Assembly: GCA_963745025.1 (NCBI GenBank) | Contig: CAVUWD010000011.1 | Span: forward strand, 160,001 to 224,000 | Length of the DNA stretch: 64,000 nucleotides | From: an uncultured delta proteobacterium | GTDB taxonomy: Bacteria; Desulfobacterota; Binatia; JACPRU01 | Direction of reading: 5' to 3' | In this document: positions 57,221-64,000 of the stretch, in pieces | Position numbering within the stretch: position 1 is the stretch's first letter | Layout: each line of letters starts with the position of its first letter | Position numbers and translations under genes: made by a program | The notes under the pieces: generated by a model | What the model saw: only the letters and a program-made list of their open reading frames with translations | Database searches by the model: none | What the model was told of the DNA's origin: nothing

Positions 57221-57287
57221 GGCTACGGGCTACGGGCTACGGGAAAGGCATCTCGAAGTCCCTTCCAGTAGCCGGTAGCCCGTAGCC
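57221..57287. repeat. Heptamer-armed palindromic intergenic element
   Basis: (GGCTACG)3-GGAAAGG...CCTTCC-AGTAGCC GGTAGCC CGTAGCC. Confidence 0.8.
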
Positions 57288-57340
57288 TCTCTTCTCATTC
57301 CCCGCGAAAGCGCGGTGCCCGCTTGTCGACGAATGCCTGG

Positions 57341-57628
57341 ATGCCCTCGCGTGCGTCGATCGAGCGCCCGGCTTCGACGATCTCTCGAGTCTCGTGCTCG
57401 AGTTCGTCCCGATCGGTCCCCTTTCTTGGGCATCTTGAGATCGAGCACGTTCACGATTACAAGCACCGGATGCGGCTCGTTCGCGGCCAGATCGAGATCC
57501 GCTTCGCAAAGCGCCGCCGGCGACTCACCACCCGCCGAAGCTCGCTGACGGTCCCGGCGGGGAGAGCGCACGCGACGCGAGCGGTCGAGGATGCTTGGAT
57601 CCTCGTCGAGAAAGGAGACCCGCAATGA
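57341..57628 (+). CDS. Small basic cupin-like protein
   Basis: EHVH..RLVRGQIEI..LTVPAGRAHATRAVEDAWIL resembles cupin motifs 1 and 2; stop overlaps the next ATG (ATGA). Confidence 0.5.
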   Translation: MPSRASIERPASTISRVSCSSSSRSVPFLGHLEIEHVHDYKHRMRLVRGQIEIRFAKRRRRLTTRRSSLTVPAGRAHATRAVEDAWILVEKGDPQ

Positions 57629-58647
57629 CCGATTCTGCGGTCGAGATGATCTTGCTCCCCGAGGACGACGCGATGCACCCGGTGGAGGACGTCTCCAACT
57701 TCAACGAGAGCGCCTACTACAACTTTTTCGACAAAGCGAAGCGCGTCGGCGGGTGGGTGCGGATTGGTAACCGCCCGAACGAGGGCTACGCCGAGATGAC
57801 CGTTTGCTTCTACGAGCCCGATGGCTCGGCGGCCTTCATGTGGAAGAGGCCCGAGATCCACGACAACCGCGCCCACGATTCGGGAGGCCTCCGCTTCGAG
57901 GTGGTCGAGCGCTGGAATGAGCACCGCGTGACCTATCGCGGGCACGCGTGCGTGATGAAGAATCCGCTCGACATGGCCGATCCCTCCGCGGCATTCCGCG
58001 AGAACCCGCACGAGAAGATCGATCTCGATATCCGTTGGAGAGGCTTGTCTCCCGGGTGGGGCGGTGAGCCCCGCCGGCGACTCGCCGACGGCCGCTACGA
58101 GTCCGCGGTGAAGGGCGATCCGAGCACGCAGTTCGCTCGCGGTCACTTCGAGCAGCACGGCGCGGCCAAGGGTACGCTCGCCATCGCAGGGCGCCAGTAC
58201 ACGATCGACGGCTTCGGGCTCCGCGACCACTCGTGGGGCCCCCGCTACTGGCAGAACACCGGCTACTATCGATGGCTGACGATGAACTTCGGTGAGGACC
58301 TTGGGCTCATGGGCCTGGTGTCCGAGCGATCCGGCGGTCGCGAGACCAGCCACGGCTACCTGTACGAGAAGGGAAAGCCGAACACGCCGATCGAGCGGGT
58401 TGAGCTGGAAACCGAGTTCGTCGGCGAGCAGAAGGTTCACGACCGGATCCGCGCTCGTCTCCATCCCGTCGGCGGCGACAAGCCGCTCGCGGTGAGCGGT
58501 CGCGTTCTATCGCTGGTGCCCTGTCGCAACCGCCGCGCCGGATGGGTCACGCGCGTTTCGGAGGGCATGACCGAGTGGCGCCTGGACGACCGCGTCGGCT
58601 ACGGAATGTCGGAGTACCTCGATCATCTTCAGAAGGGAGAACCGTAA
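57625..58647 (+). CDS. Hypothetical protein, CrtC/tocopherol-cyclase-like double beta-barrel
   Basis: FNESAYYNFFD, HFEQ, GLRDHSWGPR, GYGMSEY; AAGGAG RBS. Confidence 0.7.
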   Translation: MTDSAVEMILLPEDDAMHPVEDVSNFNESAYYNFFDKAKRVGGWVRIGNRPNEGYAEMTVCFYEPDGSAAFMWKRPEIHDNRAHDSGGLRFEVVERWNEHRVTYRGHACVMKNPLDMADPSAAFRENPHEKIDLDIRWRGLSPGWGGEPRRRLADGRYESAVKGDPSTQFARGHFEQHGAAKGTLAIAGRQYTIDGFGLRDHSWGPRYWQNTGYYRWLTMNFGEDLGLMGLVSERSGGRETSHGYLYEKGKPNTPIERVELETEFVGEQKVHDRIRARLHPVGGDKPLAVSGRVLSLVPCRNRRAGWVTRVSEGMTEWRLDDRVGYGMSEYLDHLQKGEP

Positions 58648-59399
58648 TGCGGCTCCATGCCTTCGACTGCGGCTGGCTGAGCGCCGACCTCCACCGCTTC
58701 TTGACAGGCGGTTCCGGGCGCGTTCGTGTGCCGGTGCCAGCGTATCTGATCGAGCATCCGCGAGGGCTCGTGCTCTTCGATTCGGGCCTTCATGCCGACA
58801 CGCGTGTCGACGCCGAAAAGAAGCTCGGCTTTCTCGCCAAGCTCTTCGAGGTTCATTTTGGAGCGGGCGAGGCGATCGCCGAGCGGCTCCAAGCGCACGG
58901 CTTCGATCCGGCGCGCGTCACCCACCTCGTGACCTCGCACTTGCATTTCGACCACGTCGGCGGGCACGCGCAGATTCCGAACGCGCGGCTGGTGGTCCAG
59001 CGCCGCGAGTGGGAAGCGGGACGCACTCCGGAGCTCATGCAAAAGAACGGCTACGACCCGCGCGACTACGACCTCGGCCACGAGATCGAGCTCGCCGACG
59101 GCGAGCTCGATCTGTTCGGCGACGGACGGATCGTCTGCCTGCCGACCTACGGACACACGGCGGGTCATCAGTCGCTGCGCGTGCGTTTCGACGGCGGCGA
59201 GATCGTTCTCACCGCGGACGCCTGTTATTTTCGCCGCACGCTCGAGGAGATGAACCTACCGCCGGTCGTGCACGATCCGCAGCAGATGACCGAGTCTCTG
59301 CGCCGGCTCGCGTCGCTTCAGGCGGGTGGCGCTCGCCTCTTCTTCGGGCACGACCCGGAGTTCTGGGCGACCTTGCCGGAGCCGGCGATCTTTTCCTGA
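58647..59399 (+). CDS. N-acyl-homoserine-lactonase-family metallo-beta-lactamase
   Basis: YLIEHPRGLVLFDSG, SHLHFDHVGG, TYGHTAGHQS, ADA, GHD. Confidence 0.9.
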   Translation: MRLHAFDCGWLSADLHRFLTGGSGRVRVPVPAYLIEHPRGLVLFDSGLHADTRVDAEKKLGFLAKLFEVHFGAGEAIAERLQAHGFDPARVTHLVTSHLHFDHVGGHAQIPNARLVVQRREWEAGRTPELMQKNGYDPRDYDLGHEIELADGELDLFGDGRIVCLPTYGHTAGHQSLRVRFDGGEIVLTADACYFRRTLEEMNLPPVVHDPQQMTESLRRLASLQAGGARLFFGHDPEFWATLPEPAIFS

Positions 59400-59401
59400 T
59401 C

Positions 59402-59450
59402 ACGGCCGGGAAAGTCTGTATGGATCTCTTTTCCGGTAGCCGGTAGCCGT
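59402..59450. repeat. Heptamer-armed palindromic intergenic element (partial)
   Basis: CCGGGAAAG...CTTTTCCGGTAGCCGGTAGCC. Confidence 0.65.
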
Positions 59451-59452
59451 CC

Positions 59453-60277
59453 TCAACCGCCGACGCCGACCTTCAGCGTGATCCCGCCGTCGACGGAGAT
59501 CGCCTGGCCAGTGATGTTGCAGGCGTCGTCGCTCACGAGGAACGCGGTGAGCTTGCCGATGTCCTCGGGTGTCTGCTCGCGGCCGAGCGGCACGCCCCGC
59601 TTCACTTGATCGAGGAAGATGTCCCGGGGGTCGACGTTCGCATACTCGGGCACTCCCATCTTCATGAGGGTCGCGAGCATCTCCCAGGCACGCGTCCAGA
59701 GAAAGCCCGGGCAGATGGCGTTGACGCGGATGCTCTTGGGGCCGAGCTCGAGTGCGAGCGTTCGCGACAGCGCGATCACGCCGGCCTTGGCCGCGCCGTA
59801 GGCGGGCAGCGCCGGTGTCGCCAGCAAGCCGGCGATCGAGGCGATGTTGACGATCGATCCACCGCCCCGTTTCTCGAGGTGCGGGATCGCGGCTTTGCAG
59901 CCCGCGAACGTGGTGCGCAGGTTGTTCTCTATCTGCGCGTCCCAGCCCTCCTGGGTCATGTTCGTGAAGGGATTGCCGAGACCAAGGAAGTCGCGCGAAT
60001 CCCCCTTCCCCGCCCCCGCGTTGTTGACGAAGATGTCCAGGCCGCCGAAGCGTGCAACGACTTTCGCGGTGGCCTCGGCCGCCGCCGATTCCGTCGACAC
60101 GTCGACGGCCACGCCGATCGACTCGCGACCGAGCGACGCGGCCGTCTTCTCCGCTTCGGCGACGTCGACGTCGAAGATAGCCACCCGCGCGCCCTCCTCC
60201 GCCAGACACCGCGCGATGCCCGCGCCGATGCCCCGCGCTCCGCCCGTGACGATCGCCGCCTTGCCGGAAAGCTTCAT
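59453..60277 (-). CDS. Short-chain dehydrogenase/reductase
   Basis: TGGARGIG, NNAG, NIAS, YGAAK, IRVNAICPG. Confidence 0.95.
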   Translation of the reverse strand: MKLSGKAAIVTGGARGIGAGIARCLAEEGARVAIFDVDVAEAEKTAASLGRESIGVAVDVSTESAAAEATAKVVARFGGLDIFVNNAGAGKGDSRDFLGLGNPFTNMTQEGWDAQIENNLRTTFAGCKAAIPHLEKRGGGSIVNIASIAGLLATPALPAYGAAKAGVIALSRTLALELGPKSIRVNAICPGFLWTRAWEMLATLMKMGVPEYANVDPRDIFLDQVKRGVPLGREQTPEDIGKLTAFLVSDDACNITGQAISVDGGITLKVGVGG

Positions 60278-60293
60278 CGATGTATCTCCTGAA

Positions 60294-60349
60294 GAGGCTT
60301 CGGCTACGGGAAAGGATTTACGGAGTCTTTTGCCGTAGCCTCTAGCCTC
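60294..60349. repeat. Heptamer-armed palindromic intergenic element
   Basis: GGCTTC GGCTACG-GGAAAGGA...TCTTTTGCC-GTAGCC TCTAGCC. Confidence 0.7.
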
Positions 60350-60551
60350 TTTTTGTCACCGTCCGACCAGCGACTGCAAGTATTCGACCAGCGCGCAGCG
60401 ATCGCCGGGGCCGAGAACGTCGTCGCCGTGCGAGGTCATCGGCGCGCCGTTCAGTCCGGTCGCGGCCGCAAGGCCGAGCCCGGTGCGGCGCAGAGGCACG
60501 CGGCTACCTTCGATTTTTCGCCTCCCATTTCTATGTTATGCAGGCCACCTC

Positions 60552-61550
60552 ATGACTTCGAAGCGTCCCGTCCGCTACGCGATCAGCTTGCCCGTTCTCC
60601 CCGACATGAACGCCTGCCTAGACGTCGCCAGGCGCGCCGAGGTGCTCGGCTACGAGAGCGTCTGGCTCGCCGACACCGGCGGCATCGATCCGTTCGTGCT
60701 CGCCGCCGCGCTCGCGCGAACGGTCACGAAGATGCGTGTCGGCATCGCCGTCTCGCCGGCCTACACGCGCACGCCCGTCGTGTTTGCGTCGATGTCGGCG
60801 TCGGTGGCGCAACTGATGCCGGGTCGATTCGTCCTCGGGCTCGGTTGCTCGAGCGAGACGATCGTCGATCGCTGGAATGGCGTGCCGTTCGAGAAGCCGC
60901 TCGTGCGGGTGCGGGAGACCGTCACGCTCGTCCGTTCGATCCTCAAGGGCGAGCGCACGAACTTCAAGGGTGAGACCGTGCGCAGCGAAGGGTTTCGGCT
61001 GGCGGCGCTGCCGCCGGAGCCGGTGCCGATCTACGTCGGTGCGCTGAAGCCGCCCATGCTCCGGCTCGCCGGCGAAGTCGGCGACGGCGTGGCCGTCAAT
61101 CTTTTCCCGGCTTCGGCGCTGGCGCGGATGATCGCAGAGATCGCGCGCGGCGCGGCGAAGGAGGGAAAGGACTCCACGGACCTGGAGACGGTATGCCGGT
61201 TCCAGGCCTGGGTCACCGACGATCCCAAAGGCGCGCGAGCGCTCATTCGCAAGTTCATGGCGGGTTATTTCACCACATCGGTCTACAACGCCTTTGCGGA
61301 GTGGTGCGGCTTCGAGGAAGAGGCGCGGGCGATGCGCGAGGCGTGGGCCAAGCGCGATCGAGAGAAGACCGAGGCGGCCTTCACCGACGAGATGATCGAC
61401 GCGATCACGCTCGTCGGCAGCGAAGCGCATTGCCGTGACCGGGTGGCCGAGTTCGTCGACGCCGGTCTCACCACCCCGATGTTCCACACGTTCGCTCCCG
61501 ACCCGCAGGAAGCGTGGAAGACGCTGGTGGCGCTCGCGCCGGGGCGGTGA
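60552..61550 (+). CDS. LLM-class flavin/F420-dependent oxidoreductase
   Basis: ATG 60552; AEVLGYESVWLAD, GRFVLGLG, PIYVGAL..MLRLAGEVGDG. Confidence 0.9.
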   Translation: MTSKRPVRYAISLPVLPDMNACLDVARRAEVLGYESVWLADTGGIDPFVLAAALARTVTKMRVGIAVSPAYTRTPVVFASMSASVAQLMPGRFVLGLGCSSETIVDRWNGVPFEKPLVRVRETVTLVRSILKGERTNFKGETVRSEGFRLAALPPEPVPIYVGALKPPMLRLAGEVGDGVAVNLFPASALARMIAEIARGAAKEGKDSTDLETVCRFQAWVTDDPKGARALIRKFMAGYFTTSVYNAFAEWCGFEEEARAMREAWAKRDREKTEAAFTDEMIDAITLVGSEAHCRDRVAEFVDAGLTTPMFHTFAPDPQEAWKTLVALAPGR

Positions 61551-62870
61551 TCAGCGAATCGCCCCCGCCGACCGCGCCGGGTGAAGGCTCGCGGCCAAAT
61601 CCTCGGCGAAGCGCTCCGCTTCGTCCGGCTTCAGCGTCGACACCGTGACGCGGATCGCGGGCGGCGCCTTGATGCGGAAGGGCTCGCCGGCGCGGACCGC
61701 CCACCCGCGCTCGGCGAGCGCGGTGACGGCGGCGGCCTCCTCGGCGACCGGAATCCAGACGTTCAAGCCGGATCGACCGTGCGCCGCGACGCCGCGACGC
61801 CGAAGCGCCTCGATGAGCGCGCGGCGGCGCGCGGCATAGGTTTCGGCGGCGACATGGAATCCGTCCGTGACCCGGCGATCGGCCCAGAGCGCGACGACGC
61901 TTCGCTGGAGCCGGTGGCTCACCCAGCCCGTGCCGAGCCGCTGCCGGCCCTCCACGCGTGCGATCGTCGTCGGGTCGCCGGCGAGCACCGCGAGTCGAAG
62001 ATCGGGTCCGAGCGACTTTGATACGGAGCGGATTACGGCCCACCGCTCGGGGCGCGGGCACAACGTCATGACCGGTGCACCGGCGACCGGGCCGGCATGG
62101 TCGTCCTCGATCAGCAGCACTTCAGGGCCGCGGTCGAGAACGGCTCGCAGCTCGCGCGCTCGCTTTTCGCTGATCGCAGCCCCGGTCGGGTTCTGCGCGC
62201 GAGGGGTGATGACGAAGGCGGCGACGCCGGTCCCAAGCGCGCGCCGGAGGTCGCCGGGGAGCGGCCCTTCGTCATCGACTCGCACCGGCTCGGGCACCAA
62301 GCCGAGCGCGGACAACAGGTCGAACACGCCGGTGAACCCGGGATCCTCCACGGCGACGCGATCGCCGGGACCGAGATGGGCCGCGAGGACGCGCTCGATG
62401 CCGTCGAGGCCTCCTGAGACGACGGCGAGGTCGCCGTCGAGCCCGTCCGTGGCGAGCTGCCGACGCGCTCGGTCGGCGAGCTCGGGCAGTTGAGCGCTCC
62501 CGCCATAGAGCCGCACACCGCGCTCCCGCGGAAGAAGGGGAAGCCGCGGCATCAACCGGGGATCGGGATTGCCATCCGCGAGGTTGCGGAAACCCGCCGG
62601 CACCTCCGCCGCAGAGCGAGTGGGCAGGGGCGGACGATACGCGATCCGCGTGCCCCGGCGGCCTTGCCCGGCGACCAGACCACGGGCGTGAAGTCGCTGA
62701 TACGCCGCCGCCACGGTGGCCGGGCTTACCCGCAAGCGGCGGGCTAGCTCCCGCACCGTGGGCAGTTGCATTCCCGGCGTCAGACGCGACTCGCGCACGC
62801 CCTGCTCGATGCGGGCGGCGATTTTGCTTGCAGAGGCGCCCGTGATCTCATAATGTACGGGTACGTTCAT
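61551..62870 (-). CDS. MocR-subfamily GntR regulator (HTH + PLP aminotransferase-like domain)
   Basis: LPTVRELARRLRVSPATVAAAY, QNPTG, IEDD, SVSKSLGPDLR. Confidence 0.93.
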   Translation of the reverse strand: MNVPVHYEITGASASKIAARIEQGVRESRLTPGMQLPTVRELARRLRVSPATVAAAYQRLHARGLVAGQGRRGTRIAYRPPLPTRSAAEVPAGFRNLADGNPDPRLMPRLPLLPRERGVRLYGGSAQLPELADRARRQLATDGLDGDLAVVSGGLDGIERVLAAHLGPGDRVAVEDPGFTGVFDLLSALGLVPEPVRVDDEGPLPGDLRRALGTGVAAFVITPRAQNPTGAAISEKRARELRAVLDRGPEVLLIEDDHAGPVAGAPVMTLCPRPERWAVIRSVSKSLGPDLRLAVLAGDPTTIARVEGRQRLGTGWVSHRLQRSVVALWADRRVTDGFHVAAETYAARRRALIEALRRRGVAAHGRSGLNVWIPVAEEAAAVTALAERGWAVRAGEPFRIKAPPAIRVTVSTLKPDEAERFAEDLAASLHPARSAGAIR

Positions 62871-62891
62871 CGCTTTGTACTATAACAAACC

Positions 62892-63569
62892 ATGAGCCTG
62901 CGATCCACCCCCGAAACGCTGCAGACCGAGCGCACTACCGTGAAGCGGCTCCCGAAGCGCGCGGCCTACGATCGCGCCACGATCGAGGCGATCCTCGACG
63001 AGGGCCTCGTCTGCCACGTCGGCTTCGCGGTCGAAGGCCAGCCCTACGTGTTGCCGATGGTCTATGCGCGGGTCGGAGACGAGATCTACCTGCACGGATC
63101 GGCGGCGAGCCGGTTGCTCCGTAGCCTCGGTGAGGGCATCGAGATCTGCGTGACGGTGACGCTCCTCGACGGTCTGGTGCTCGCGCGATCGGCCTTCCAT
63201 CATTCGGTGAACTACCGCTCTGTCGTAGTTCTCGGCACCGCACGGCCGGTCCTCGATCCCGGGGCGAAGACGCGCGCGCTCCACGCGATCGTCGATCACG
63301 CCATCGAGGGTCGATGGCAAGACGTTCGGTCGCCAAACGAGCAAGAGCTCAAGGCGACGACCGTACTCGTGCTGGCGCTCCGCGAAGCGTCGGCCAAGCG
63401 TCGCAGCGGGGGGCCCCTCGATGACGAAGACGACTACGGGCTGCCCGTGTGGGCGGGTGAGCTTCCGCTTCCCGTCACGCCGGGAACTGCCGTCCCCGAC
63501 GCGCGGCTCGCGCGGGGTATTCCGATCCCGGAGTATCTGCATCGCTATCGGCGTCCGCTGAGGCGGTGA
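62892..63569 (+). CDS. PPOX/NimA-like flavin-binding protein
   Basis: ILDEGLVCHVGF, YLHGS, DGLVLARSAFHHSVNYRSVV, VWAG. Confidence 0.9.
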   Translation: MSLRSTPETLQTERTTVKRLPKRAAYDRATIEAILDEGLVCHVGFAVEGQPYVLPMVYARVGDEIYLHGSAASRLLRSLGEGIEICVTVTLLDGLVLARSAFHHSVNYRSVVVLGTARPVLDPGAKTRALHAIVDHAIEGRWQDVRSPNEQELKATTVLVLALREASAKRRSGGPLDDEDDYGLPVWAGELPLPVTPGTAVPDARLARGIPIPEYLHRYRRPLRR

Positions 63570-63573
63570 CCTG

Positions 63574-64000
63574 GTGCCCACCGAGTCATCCTCGGAGCGC
63601 TCGCCGGTCCGGCTCGCGCTCGCGTTTCTCGCCGTCTATCTCATCTGGGGATCGACGTACTTGGCGATCCGCTACGCGATCGAGACCTTGCCCGGCCTGT
63701 TGATGGCGGGCGCCCGCTACGTCGTCGCTGGCAGCTTCGTCTTCGCCTGGAGCCTGCGGCGCGACGGAGAGCGTCCGTCGGCGCGAAATTGGCGGGAAGC
63801 GTTTCTTCTGGGCGGCCTCTTCTTCCTCGGCGGAAACGGGGCAGTCGTTTGGGCGGAACGTCGCGTCCCTTCCGGCCTCGCCTCCCTGCTCATCGCCACG
63901 ATGCCGTTCTGGGTCGTCCTGCTCGACTGGGCCCGCCCGCAGGGATCCCGGCCGCCCGCGATCGTGGTCCTCGGCATGGCGCTCGGGTTCGCCGGCTTGC
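63574..64000 (+). CDS. EamA/DMT transporter (YedA-like), runs off the window end
   Basis: Manual translation from GTG 63574: LAFLAVYLIWGSTYLAIRYAIETLPG..GGNGAVVWAE..VPSGLASLLIAT. Confidence 0.88.
   Translation, partial: MPTESSSERSPVRLALAFLAVYLIWGSTYLAIRYAIETLPGLLMAGARYVVAGSFVFAWSLRRDGERPSARNWREAFLLGGLFFLGGNGAVVWAERRVPSGLASLLIATMPFWVVLLDWARPQGSRPPAIVVLGMALGFAGL

Overview
High-GC bacterial chromosome segment. Gene order and content suggest a deltaproteobacterium-like organism, possibly Binatia/Myxococcota-related (inference only). The backbone is housekeeping: mevalonate genes (pmk, mvaD), accB, aroQ, aroB-aroK-aroC, pilMNOPQ, ettA, leuCD, clpS-clpA and many redox or lipid-catabolic enzymes. 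The most striking element is a ~17 kb island (3743-20704) between aroB and aroQ, made of two divergent operons. It encodes two PEGA-domain Ser/Thr kinases, a PP2C phosphatase, an FHA protein, a MacAB-TolC-type exporter, three CsgG/FlgO/TolB-N-like TPR proteins, a trypsin-TPR protease and Cys-rich exported proteins. One of these ends in three conotoxin-framework (C-C-CC-C-C) knottin-like units and has a strongly G-skewed coding core. Other notable items are a DsbA/FrnE-like selenoprotein with an in-frame UGA (UPWC) that the ORF track splits, an aminotransferase fused to a truncated MurF-like domain, a pentapeptide-repeat protein with a degenerate TIR domain, a Zn-peptidase/ATP-grasp pair behind a structured leader, a PPOX-PPOX-GAF-cyclase module, and two families of intergenic hairpin repeats. 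I saw no rRNA, tRNA, CRISPR array or transposase. All assignments are from motifs read by eye; no database searches were run.
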